Part shown: positions 8,799-17,395 of the stretch, one piece after another
Position numbering within the stretch: the first letter of the stretch is position 1
Layout: every line of letters starts with the position of its first letter
From: Promethearchaeota archaeon
GTDB taxonomy: Archaea > Asgardarchaeota > Lokiarchaeia > Sigyniarchaeales > SOKP01
Direction of reading: 5' to 3'
DNA length: 32,000 nucleotides
NCBI GenBank assembly: GCA_030606485.1
Contig: JAUWGH010000003.1
Span: 330,001 to 362,000 of the forward strand
Notes under the pieces: model-generated
What the model saw: only the letters and a program-made list of their open reading frames with translations
What the model was told of the DNA's origin: nothing
The model's database searches: none
Position numbers and translations under genes: made by a program

Positions 8799-9992
8799 AT
8801 GGAACTTAAATTTACTGAAGAACAAGAAATGTTCAGAGAAAGTGTAAGGGAGTTTTGTCAAAGGAAAATTACACCCGTTGCTCTTGAAATGGAAAAAACC
8901 AGGGAGATATCAATAGAAATCAAAAAAGGAATGGCCGAACTTGGTCTTCTTGGATGTACAGCTTCACCAGAATATGGTGGTTCGGGACTTGATGCAGTGA
9001 GCGCTGGTGTTATAGGAGAAGAGCTGGCAAGAGCAGATCCTACGGGTTCAATACCCGTTTTTTATCTCGTTCAAGCAGCATGGGGTTTTGTTCTCAATAA
9101 ATATGGAACAGAAGAAGCAAAAGAAGAGGTATTTCCAAAAGTTATTGCGGGAGAATATTTTCTTGGAATCGCTACAACTGAAAGTGATGCCGGGTCAGAT
9201 GTAGGAGGAACTAGAACTATGATCAAAAAGGAAGGTGATGGTTATATTGTAAATGGAGAGAAAATGTATATAAGTGGGGTACGCGAAGCTGCAGAAGGTG
9301 GTGGAGGACATCTTACGATTGCGAAGCAGAATCCAGAACTTGGCACTAGAGGTATGACAATGTTTTATTTACCTCTTACGGCTGATGGTATTACCCCAAC
9401 ATATATTGATGATTTAGGCAGAGAGGGTATATCCTGTGGTGGATTTGCAATAGATAATGTAAGAATTCCGAAGTATTATATAATAGGAGAAGAAAACAAG
9501 GGGTTTTACATTGTACACGAGGGGTACGAATTTGCAAGGGGATTAATTGCAGTAATATGCGCAGCAGCAGGTCTAAAATCATTAGAAAACGGTATGAATT
9601 ACATTAAAGAAAGAAAATGTTTTGGTACTGCTATTGGAAAATTTGAGGAAATAAACTTCAGACTAGCAGAACATTATACTAGGCTTAATATGTTAAGAGA
9701 TTTGGCATATAAGTCATTATGGACTATTGACAGAGAACAACAAGGAAAGGGATCCAGATTTGAAACAAGTAAAGCAATTGCTATGGCAAAAATGTTTGCA
9801 TCTGATTGGGCTTGCAATGCTATAAATGATGTAATGCAATGGCAGGGAGCATTTGGCTATTCTAAAGAGTGTCCAGACCAAGCTGCTTGGAGAGCTATAA
9901 GGTCTTTTGCGCTTGCAGAAGGTTCAAAAGAAATGATGAAGATGATCGTAGCTAGAGAGCTACTTGGCAAGGAATTTATTGCCTACAAGTGA
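8799..9992 (+). CDS. Acyl-CoA dehydrogenase
   Basis: IATTESDAGSD, VNGEKMYISG, RKCFGTAI, QWQGAFGYS. Putative catalytic Glu in 'LAEGSKEMMK'. Confidence 0.95.
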   Translation: MELKFTEEQEMFRESVREFCQRKITPVALEMEKTREISIEIKKGMAELGLLGCTASPEYGGSGLDAVSAGVIGEELARADPTGSIPVFYLVQAAWGFVLNKYGTEEAKEEVFPKVIAGEYFLGIATTESDAGSDVGGTRTMIKKEGDGYIVNGEKMYISGVREAAEGGGGHLTIAKQNPELGTRGMTMFYLPLTADGITPTYIDDLGREGISCGGFAIDNVRIPKYYIIGEENKGFYIVHEGYEFARGLIAVICAAAGLKSLENGMNYIKERKCFGTAIGKFEEINFRLAEHYTRLNMLRDLAYKSLWTIDREQQGKGSRFETSKAIAMAKMFASDWACNAINDVMQWQGAFGYSKECPDQAAWRAIRSFALAEGSKEMMKMIVARELLGKEFIAYK

Positions 9993-10068
9993 AAAGAATA
10001 ATCTTTTAAAATTTTTTTTATTATTTTATATTATTATTTTAAGGAAATAAAGATTAAAAAAAAATTTA

Positions 10069-10866
10069 GTGGATATTATTGTGAGATTTATAGTTTGTGT
10101 GAAAGAGGTTCCAGAATCAATAGATGTAAAAATTGATCTTAAAACTAATAAACTTCAGGAAGAAGGCATTTCAACAACTTTAAATCCCTTTGACCAATTC
10201 ATATTGGAGGAGGCTTTAAAGTTGAAGAAAGATGAGGATGAAATCATTGCAATTTCAGTAGGAACACCTCAAACAAAAATGGTTTTAATGAAATGTCTTG
10301 CACTTGGTGCTGATAAAGCTATTTTGCTCAGTGACAATGTCTTTATGGGATCTGATTCTTTTGCTACAGCCTACACTCTTTCTAAAGTAATTAATAAGAT
10401 TGGAGATTTTAATATAATTTTTTGTGGACAACAAACAGTTGATGGTAATACAGCTCAAGTTGGTCCCGAATTAGCCGCTCAGCTCAAAATACCACAAGTC
10501 ACATATGTAGAAAGCGTAGATAAATTTGAAGGACAGAAATTAGTTGTAAAATCCCAAACAGATGAAGGATTTAAAATAGTAGAATCCCAAATCCCTGTGC
10601 TTCTAGCGGGGATTCCTCCATCATCATTTACACCAAGCCTCCCACCTTTACGAAATATAATAGCAGCTCAAAATAAACCATGTATCATATGGAATTTTGA
10701 AGATTTAGGTGGTCCCAAAGATAAATACGGCTCGGCAGGATCGTTAATACAGATTATTAAAGTTTATTATCCTCCACCAAGGAAAAAAGGTATTGTGATC
10801 GTTGAAGAGCCCACAACTGCAGTTGAAAAGCTTATTGAATTATTAAATAAGGATAAGGTGATTTAG
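10069..10866 (+). CDS. etfB: Electron transfer flavoprotein beta subunit (true start possibly GTG 10081, giving MRFIVCVKEVP)
   Basis: VCVKEVP, LNPFD, LALGADKAILLSD, GSDSFATA, CGQQTVDGNTAQVGP. Confidence 0.95.
   Translation: MDIIVRFIVCVKEVPESIDVKIDLKTNKLQEEGISTTLNPFDQFILEEALKLKKDEDEIIAISVGTPQTKMVLMKCLALGADKAILLSDNVFMGSDSFATAYTLSKVINKIGDFNIIFCGQQTVDGNTAQVGPELAAQLKIPQVTYVESVDKFEGQKLVVKSQTDEGFKIVESQIPVLLAGIPPSSFTPSLPPLRNIIAAQNKPCIIWNFEDLGGPKDKYGSAGSLIQIIKVYYPPPRKKGIVIVEEPTTAVEKLIELLNKDKVI
10855..10862 (+). promoter_or_regulatory. Archaeal Shine-Dalgarno AAGGTGAT inside the etfB 3' end, positioned for a start at 10868
   Basis: GGTGAT matches the archaeal anti-SD complement and sits 5 nt before ATA 10868. 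Confidence 0.6.
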
Positions 10867-10867
10867 A

Positions 10868-11884
10868 ATAGAGTCGAAAAAGGATAATTTTTCTAGTTTT
10901 CAAGATGTATGGGTATTTGCCGAGATTAAGAATAATGAAATAAGAGAAATTACTTTAGAATTGCTTGGTAAAGCAAAAGAACTTGCAAATGAGTTAAAGC
11001 AAGATATTTGTGCTGTAATTATTGGAAGCGAAATAAGAAAATTCTGTAATGTACTCTCTACTTTTGGTGCAAATAAAATATTTATTGCTGAAGATGATGC
11101 CCTTAAAGAATATAACACAGAAATATATACTTCCATTCTTACTAGGATAATTCTAAAGCATAAACCAAATATTTTACTATTCCCTGCCACAAAAATTGGA
11201 AGGGATTTAGCACCAAGGGTTGCTTCCACACTAAAATTGGGGCTCGCAGCTGATTGTGTAAAATTAGTTATACAAGATGGTAAATTATTAATGACTCGTC
11301 CGGTGTATGGCGATAATATCTTAGCAGATATTATTTGTCCAAATACTCGACCACAAATGGCAACAATCAGAGCTAAAATGATGAAAAAGGCAGAACCAAA
11401 ACAAAATGAAAGTGCTGAAGTTATTAAAGAACCTGTTAATGTTAATGTTGATTCTTTTAAGACAATAGTAAAAGAAAAGAAAAAGACATCAATACCGGGT
11501 GTAAAATCAATTGATGAAGCTGATATTATTATATCTGGAGGCAGAGGCGTTGGAAGTAAAGAGACATTTAAAATTATCGAGGAATTATCTGATGTATTGA
11601 ATGCTGCTGTAGGAGCAAGTAGGGCTGCAGTTGAAGCTGGCTGGAAACCAAAATCATGTCAAATAGGACAGAGTGGTACAACTGTTTCACCAAAAATATA
11701 CATTGCCTGTGGAATATCGGGAACAACCCAGCATCTAGTAGGAATGAAAGGGAGTGAAGTTATAATAGCAATAAATAAAGACCCCGAAGCACCGATATTT
11801 GAGGTTGCAAATTATGGAATTATCGGAGATTTGAAAGAAATTGTACCGCTATTAACGAAAGCATTAAAAGAAAAAAAAATTTAA
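10868..11884 (+). CDS. etfA: Electron transfer flavoprotein alpha subunit; extended 5' from the ORF-track TTG 10961 to a probable ATA start (338 aa)
   Basis: The frame is open from 10862 and encodes ESKKDNFSSFQDVWVFAEIKNNEIREITLELLGKA, the conserved N-terminal strand. Also GRDLAPRVA, GLAADC, IISGGRGVGS, VGASRAAV, QIGQSG, YIACGISG, AINKDPEAPIF. Confidence 0.93.
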   Translation: MESKKDNFSSFQDVWVFAEIKNNEIREITLELLGKAKELANELKQDICAVIIGSEIRKFCNVLSTFGANKIFIAEDDALKEYNTEIYTSILTRIILKHKPNILLFPATKIGRDLAPRVASTLKLGLAADCVKLVIQDGKLLMTRPVYGDNILADIICPNTRPQMATIRAKMMKKAEPKQNESAEVIKEPVNVNVDSFKTIVKEKKKTSIPGVKSIDEADIIISGGRGVGSKETFKIIEELSDVLNAAVGASRAAVEAGWKPKSCQIGQSGTTVSPKIYIACGISGTTQHLVGMKGSEVIIAINKDPEAPIFEVANYGIIGDLKEIVPLLTKALKEKKI

Positions 11885-11939
11885 AAAAATAGACTTTTTT
11901 TTCCTTATCACTAAGGAAGATAAGAAGCTGTGAAATTAG

Positions 11940-12608
11940 ATGATGGAATTTAATTATTTATTTATTGAACAAAAATTAGGAAATTTTCCACCATTGGAGT
12001 TAAAATCTTCTATTTTAAAAAAATCTGCTGTAATAATTCCAATTAAACCAACGAAATCGAGCTATAATATAATTTTTACTTCTCGTTCTCCAAAATTAAA
12101 ACATCATACAGGAGAAATGAGTTTTCCTGGAGGCACTTTTGATTCTAATCTTGATAATATACTCCAAGATACTGCTTTAAGAGAGATATATGAAGAAATT
12201 GGTATCATTCGTGAAAATTTAAAAATTATTGGAAGACTTGATGATTTACCTACACTTACAGGTTTTATAATTCGCCCTTTTGTAAGCTTAATTAAAAATA
12301 CAAATGAAATAAAATTCAAAATTAATCATGATGAAGTAGCAGAATTAGTTGAAATACCAATTGAATATATTGCTCAAAAAAAACTTTTTTATGAAATCCC
12401 ATTTCCAAAAGATCCTAAAAATTGGAAAATGTTATGTTTTAAATATAGAGATCCTAATACAAATAATATATTTAATATTTGGGGCGCTACAGCACATATG
12501 CTCCAAGAATTTATGAAAAAGTTATATGATATAAAAGTTATTACTCCTGAATATAAAAGACCTACTCTTCCAGAATGCGTAGAATTTTTGCAAAAAAAGA
12601 AATCATAA
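11940..12608 (+). CDS. Nudix hydrolase, CoA pyrophosphatase (NudL/PCD1-like)
   Basis: CoA-ase motif 'FTSRSPKLKHHTGEMSFPGG' before the Nudix box 'TALREIYEEIGI'; C-terminal IWGATA. Confidence 0.9.
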   Translation: MMEFNYLFIEQKLGNFPPLELKSSILKKSAVIIPIKPTKSSYNIIFTSRSPKLKHHTGEMSFPGGTFDSNLDNILQDTALREIYEEIGIIRENLKIIGRLDDLPTLTGFIIRPFVSLIKNTNEIKFKINHDEVAELVEIPIEYIAQKKLFYEIPFPKDPKNWKMLCFKYRDPNTNNIFNIWGATAHMLQEFMKKLYDIKVITPEYKRPTLPECVEFLQKKKS

Positions 12609-12710
12609 AAATTACAAAAAGAAAAATTGAAAAAACATATATAATTAGAAATTTCAAACAATTTTTTTAATTAATTAACGAATTCAATATTGCAGAGTGA
12701 AGTATAGAAA

Positions 12711-13298
12711 ATGTTTGAGAATTCTGAAATTTCAGAAGAATTTAAATTGAAAGATGGTAGGGTTCTACTGATTAAACGATTGTCAATTGAGGATTATGAA
12801 AAAAATAACAATTATGAATTTACCCATAACTGGCTAAATCAAGTAAATAAATATTTATTAGGAGAATTTGAGAAAGAAGATTTACAGCCAAATAAAGAAT
12901 ATTTTTACAACAAATTATCTAATAAAGCGGAGGACTTAATGATAGGGGCAATTTATAATCAGAGGATCATTGCTTCAGCAGGTGTTAGCGTAAATCTGAA
13001 GTTAAAAAAAATAAAGCATGTTGGTAATTGGGGTATATCTATACATCCAGATTTTCAAAATCAAGGATTAGCTACGAAAATATTAATGATCCTTGAAGAG
13101 ATTGCCACAGAAAGGGGGTTAAAGAGACTTGAAGCAGATTTTTTTGAGGGAAATGAAGTTGCAGAACACCTCTATGTTAGAAAATTAGGGTATAAGATTG
13201 AAGGTAGACGAAAATATGCAGCTCTTTTGAAAGATGGAACTTATGTTGATAAAATCATAATGGGTAAAATAATAGATAAATCTTTAGAAAAAAAATAA
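12711..13298 (+). CDS. GNAT family N-acetyltransferase
   Basis: Motif A 'GISIHPDFQNQGLATKIL' and motif B 'NEVAEHLYVRKLGYKIEG'. Confidence 0.9.
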   Translation: MFENSEISEEFKLKDGRVLLIKRLSIEDYEKNNNYEFTHNWLNQVNKYLLGEFEKEDLQPNKEYFYNKLSNKAEDLMIGAIYNQRIIASAGVSVNLKLKKIKHVGNWGISIHPDFQNQGLATKILMILEEIATERGLKRLEADFFEGNEVAEHLYVRKLGYKIEGRRKYAALLKDGTYVDKIIMGKIIDKSLEKK

Positions 13299-13306
13299 AA
13301 AAAATC

Positions 13307-13318
13307 AAAGTATTTATA
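13307..13318 (+). promoter_or_regulatory. Putative BRE/TATA promoter (AAAG TATTTATA) for the FGE-fold gene
   Basis: Purine-rich BRE-like bases directly followed by a TATA consensus, about 65 nt upstream of ATG 13383. Confidence 0.45.
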
Positions 13319-13382
13319 TTAAATTTAATTCAGACTTGATTAACTTTAAATTAAAAATTTTAAATATATTTTCTTTAGATAA

Positions 13383-14153
13383 ATGAAGAAAAATAAGAAG
13401 AAAACAGGTAAAAAATCAAAAGAACCAGAAATAAACCAGCAAAGCTTTGTTTACTCACAAGACACTGCCCAAAGAATGGTTCTCATCCCTGGTGGAGAAT
13501 TTATTATGGGAAAAGATAGTGATCGTGAAGCTGATTTTAGTCCAGCGCATAAAGTACAGGTCGATTCGTTTTATATTGACAAGCATGAAGTAACTAATGC
13601 AGAGTATTATAAGTTTTGCCAAGAAACAGGGCATAATTTACCAGAATTTTGGGAAGTTGAAATATTTCGTTGTGGAAATGATTTTCCGAGTCATCCGGTA
13701 ATTGGTGTAAATTGGTCTGATGCAAAAGAATATGCTGAATGGGCTGGAAAACGATTACCAACTGAAGCTGAATGGGAATATGCTGCTAGAGGAAAACTTA
13801 TTGATAATCATTATCCTACAGGTAACGAATGGACTATTCCATTAAGAAGAAACACACCAGGAGAAGGTTGGGAGAATTTAATTGTAGAAGTTGACAGTTA
13901 TGATTCAAATGCTTATGGATTGTTCAATATGTCAGGAAATATTTGGGAATGGGTTTTGGATATATATAATGAAGAATATTATAATGAAAGTCCTTATAGT
14001 AATCCTAAAGGCCCCAAAAAAGGTACATTGAGGGTTATTCGTGGTGGAAGTTGGCATTCTGGTAAAATGTGTAAAAAAGTATTTTATCGAAAAGGACTTC
14101 CTTCAAATTGGGTCGATTTTGCTGTAGGGTTTCGATGCGCTAAGGATCTTTAA
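13383..14153 (+). CDS. Formylglycine-generating-enzyme (SUMF1/FGE-sulfatase) fold protein, probably not a true FGE
   Basis: IPGGEFIMG, FYIDKHEVTNAEY, HPVIGVNWSDA, RLPTEAEWEYAARG, GLFNMSGNIWEW, RGGSW, GFRCA. The CxxxxC pair is absent. Confidence 0.9.
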   Translation: MKKNKKKTGKKSKEPEINQQSFVYSQDTAQRMVLIPGGEFIMGKDSDREADFSPAHKVQVDSFYIDKHEVTNAEYYKFCQETGHNLPEFWEVEIFRCGNDFPSHPVIGVNWSDAKEYAEWAGKRLPTEAEWEYAARGKLIDNHYPTGNEWTIPLRRNTPGEGWENLIVEVDSYDSNAYGLFNMSGNIWEWVLDIYNEEYYNESPYSNPKGPKKGTLRVIRGGSWHSGKMCKKVFYRKGLPSNWVDFAVGFRCAKDL

Positions 14154-14387
14154 CAATTTAAGTTTAATGCAAATCTGAGATAAGTACGAGTTAAAACCTA
14201 CCAAATTAATAGGAAAAGTAGATAAAAATTTGAATGTCTTTCGAAATTCTTGGCTATGGTAAGAAAAAAATGTTGGAAATCGATTAAAATAGGTCGGGGT
14301 ACATCTTTTCAATGTTTTCTATAGTTTCGGTAAATAAATTATACAAAATAATATTATCATAGACAAGTGTATTTTCAAGAATGTAAT

Positions 14388-16913
14388 CTAAAATCCTGAT
14401 TCTTCTTTCAGTTGTTTAATTTCTGAAATATAATTATCTGCTTTTTCGATCCAACATGTTTTGGTTTCAAGTTCACATATCATCCCAGTTGAAATCTTTT
14501 TTCCTTTTTCAATATATTCAGTTGCTAAATCATATTCACCAAGTTCTTTATAACAATTACCCATTTTGATATATGTCTCATAAGAAAAGTAACCATATGG
14601 TTCAAGCTCTAATGCTTTTTGAAATTCTTTTATAGCTTCTTTAAATTCATTAAACATCATAAATATTTCACCATAAGAATCATGGTAATTTCCATTATTT
14701 GGAACAAGGGATACTAATTTTTTAGCAGCTTCTATAGATTCTTCTTTTTTCTCTAAATATGCTAACCCATAAACTTTACTATTCAGAAATTCGTAATCTT
14801 CAGGGTATAATTCAATTAAACTGTTAAGTATTTTTATTCCTTCATCAAATTCTTTCATTTTATAAAAAATATGTGCTTTTTTCCATAAAAGATCCTTTCT
14901 TTTCTCTGGAAAATCTTTAATACCTTCTTCTAATAAGGCTAATATATCATCGAATCTATTAACTGAAATTAAAATGTGTATTTTGGTGAAAAAGAGACAA
15001 ATATTTTTTGGATTTAGATCAATAGCAAAATCGATTGCATTAAATGCTTCTTCATATCTTTTCAATTCTCGCAAAATAGAACTTTTTAATTGATAAAATA
15101 GGGATATGTTGGATTTATTAGGCTCTAATGAAATAGTCTTATCAATCATATCTAAAGCAATATCCTCGTGTGCTTTTTGTGTATCAAATTTATAAATAAT
15201 ATTATAACCAAGCACTAGTGCTTTTGTTGCATAGGAAATAGGAATATCAGAATAAAGTTCGAGCAATTCATTAGCAACATTTAAAGCCTTCTCAAATTTT
15301 CCAAGAGTCATATAACAAAACGCTAATATAAAAGAAGAAGAAGCATAAATCTCTTTTTGAACAAGATTAATATCTATTTCTTTATTCAACAATTCAATGG
15401 CATCTTTATGTCTATTGGATACACATAAAATTATTGCTTTCAGAAGATAAAGTTCAAAGTTTTTTGGATTCAGTTTAAGATCAGAATCTACAATTTTTAA
15501 ATCTTCATTAAATTCTTTCCTTCTCTCAAATTTTTTTTGTTTTATTAAGTAATCTAGTTTAAATGAAAAATAAGGTTTTAGTGTTTTAAATATCTCCAGG
15601 TTTAAATTATACTTAAATTCACTTGGTTCAATAAAATCATATTGGGAATCAGTAGAATCATAAGTTTGAAATGCATCAGGAATATTTTGCCAAACGATAC
15701 CTTCTAATTTATCTAGTGGATCAATTAATCTTTTTTCAGTTTCGATTTTATAAGCCAAATATTTAATATATTCTGGTAAAAAATCTCTTAATGATTCTTT
15801 CAAATTTTTATTAAATACACTATCACAGATATCATCTAAGATATTGTCTAATAAATGTGTTAAATCTAAAGATGTATTAATGTAAAAAGTTTTTTCATAA
15901 AGCTTATTCAAATAAGTTAATTTTACGATATAATCTTTCACTATGGCTCTTAATACTTTCTCTATTCTCTCATTTACTTGAAAAAAATAAGCTTTACCTT
16001 GCTCATCTTCTAATTTGAAAAATTTTATTGTATAAAAATTTTCTTCTACAATTTTATAAATGTAATAATCAAGAATTGTTTTTTTAATATTATATTTATT
16101 AGAGAATTCCTCAGGTGAAATATATTCAGGATATTGATTCGGATGATTTAGGGAAAGAAAAAGTAAAATTTTGTCAAAATCTTCCTCATTACTTAATGTA
16201 TTTTTAACTTTAGCATAATCTAATTTTAACTTGTTATTTAGAAATCGAAACTTTAATTCATCATCTTCTATTTCATATTTTTCGAAAAATTTTATGGTTT
16301 TTTGTGTAATATCTTCAATTCTTTTGCTTTCTTCTTCCAAAATTGATTGTCGGTCTAGATCATATAATTTCAATATTCTTAAGTATTCCGTCTTACCCTC
16401 TGGAGTAATCTTATATTGCTTATTTTCATTTATTACAAATCCTTTGGTCATTAATAAATTAAGGTTTTTTGATAAAGAAGATTGATTAATTGAAAGAGGT
16501 TCTTCACGAAAATCTGACCATTTACAATAATCATTGTTATTTACCATCCAAAGAATAACATGATCGTAATTCCTTTTACTTATAATTGCTTTTGGAGGAT
16601 AATTTAATTTTCTTTTACCAGATTTTTTTAAATAGACCAACTCACTTAGTCTTTCTTTTCCTGCTGGTGTAATTTGGTAGTAATCTCGCTCAGGTTTTTC
16701 AACAAGACCTTTACTAATAAGATTATTTAACTTACCTGACAGTGTTGACTCACTTATTTCAACTTTAAAATCTGACCATCTACAGAACCTGTTGTTAGAA
16801 AGCATCCATAAAATAATTTGTTCATTATCTCGATTACCAAAAGGAGGACTTAAGACATTCTCAGGTGGATACATTATATTTATATTTTCTGAGTGACTCA
16901 TTATAAAACACAA
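14388..16913 (-). CDS. Putative transcriptional regulator: tandem N-terminal winged-helix domains plus C-terminal TPR array (start TTG 16913, or more likely ATG 16901)
   Basis: Two near-duplicate wHTH units (ILWMxxNNxxCxWSDF...SxLSxxLNxLxxKGxV...YxITPxGK), a third wHTH-like unit at about aa 245-315, and TPRs from about aa 480 (e.g. GNYHDSYGEIFMMFNEFKEAIKEFQKALELEP). Confidence 0.85.
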   Translation of the reverse strand: MCFIMSHSENINIMYPPENVLSPPFGNRDNEQIILWMLSNNRFCRWSDFKVEISESTLSGKLNNLISKGLVEKPERDYYQITPAGKERLSELVYLKKSGKRKLNYPPKAIISKRNYDHVILWMVNNNDYCKWSDFREEPLSINQSSLSKNLNLLMTKGFVINENKQYKITPEGKTEYLRILKLYDLDRQSILEEESKRIEDITQKTIKFFEKYEIEDDELKFRFLNNKLKLDYAKVKNTLSNEEDFDKILLFLSLNHPNQYPEYISPEEFSNKYNIKKTILDYYIYKIVEENFYTIKFFKLEDEQGKAYFFQVNERIEKVLRAIVKDYIVKLTYLNKLYEKTFYINTSLDLTHLLDNILDDICDSVFNKNLKESLRDFLPEYIKYLAYKIETEKRLIDPLDKLEGIVWQNIPDAFQTYDSTDSQYDFIEPSEFKYNLNLEIFKTLKPYFSFKLDYLIKQKKFERRKEFNEDLKIVDSDLKLNPKNFELYLLKAIILCVSNRHKDAIELLNKEIDINLVQKEIYASSSFILAFCYMTLGKFEKALNVANELLELYSDIPISYATKALVLGYNIIYKFDTQKAHEDIALDMIDKTISLEPNKSNISLFYQLKSSILRELKRYEEAFNAIDFAIDLNPKNICLFFTKIHILISVNRFDDILALLEEGIKDFPEKRKDLLWKKAHIFYKMKEFDEGIKILNSLIELYPEDYEFLNSKVYGLAYLEKKEESIEAAKKLVSLVPNNGNYHDSYGEIFMMFNEFKEAIKEFQKALELEPYGYFSYETYIKMGNCYKELGEYDLATEYIEKGKKISTGMICELETKTCWIEKADNYISEIKQLKEESGF

Positions 16914-16963
16914 AAAAAAATATTACTAATAATAAATAGTTCAATCACATTTAAATACTTTGC

Positions 16964-17008
16964 ACTTCACATCGGCTTTTGAACTTCGTGTGAAGTTCGA
17001 CTTCAAAA
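16964..17008. promoter_or_regulatory. Candidate operator in the divergent promoter: ACTTC repeats and inverted repeats
   Basis: GAACTTC-GTGT-GAAGTTC (16981-16998). ACTTCACA (16964-16971) is complementary to TGTGAAGT (16989-16996). ACTTC occurs at 16964, 16983 and 17000. The element lies between TATA-like boxes at 16950-16957 and 17010-17017. Confidence 0.55.
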
Positions 17009-17081
17009 CTTATATATGAATTATTTTCTTAATTTAAATTAATAATAAAAAATTGAAAAAAATTAGAAGTGATAAAAAAAA

Positions 17082-17324
17082 ATGGCCCAAGTATGTGAAA
17101 AAAATGCAGCACTTCTCGATAGTGCTGAAATAGAAATTGTTTTAGAAAAACTCCCTGAATTAAGAAAGCAAATCGAGAAAAAAAAAGTTGAAGATAAACA
17201 AGATAAATTACGATTATTGAAATTATTTAATGAAGCAAAATATAACGCTAAATATCATGAAGAGTTAATCCAAATAAAGGTAGTTAAAAGCCAGATTCAT
17301 TTTAGAAACTCTGGAGTTTTTTAA
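17082..17324 (+). CDS. Small hypothetical helical protein (80 aa)
   Basis: ATG with AGTGAT SD-like element at 17068-17073, TATA-like TTATATAT at 17010-17017, and a T-run after the stop. No family recognised. Confidence 0.65.
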   Translation: MAQVCEKNAALLDSAEIEIVLEKLPELRKQIEKKKVEDKQDKLRLLKLFNEAKYNAKYHEELIQIKVVKSQIHFRNSGVF

Positions 17325-17395
17325 AAAATCTAAATAAATTTTTTTACAATATATATTAAAAAAAAATAAAAAATCACAAAAGAGAGAAAAAAAAA

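Noticed and set aside
9391-12661. Minus-strand ORFs 9391-9582, 10900-11229, 12104-12319 and 12389-12661
   Set aside because: Antisense to the ACAD, etfA and Nudix genes.
14103-14312. 69-aa minus-strand ORF as a real gene or transposase fragment
   Set aside because: Overlaps the 3' end of the FGE-fold gene; no recognisable motif, terminal inverted repeats or target duplication.
16231-16485. 84-aa plus-strand ORF
   Set aside because: Antisense to the wHTH-TPR gene.
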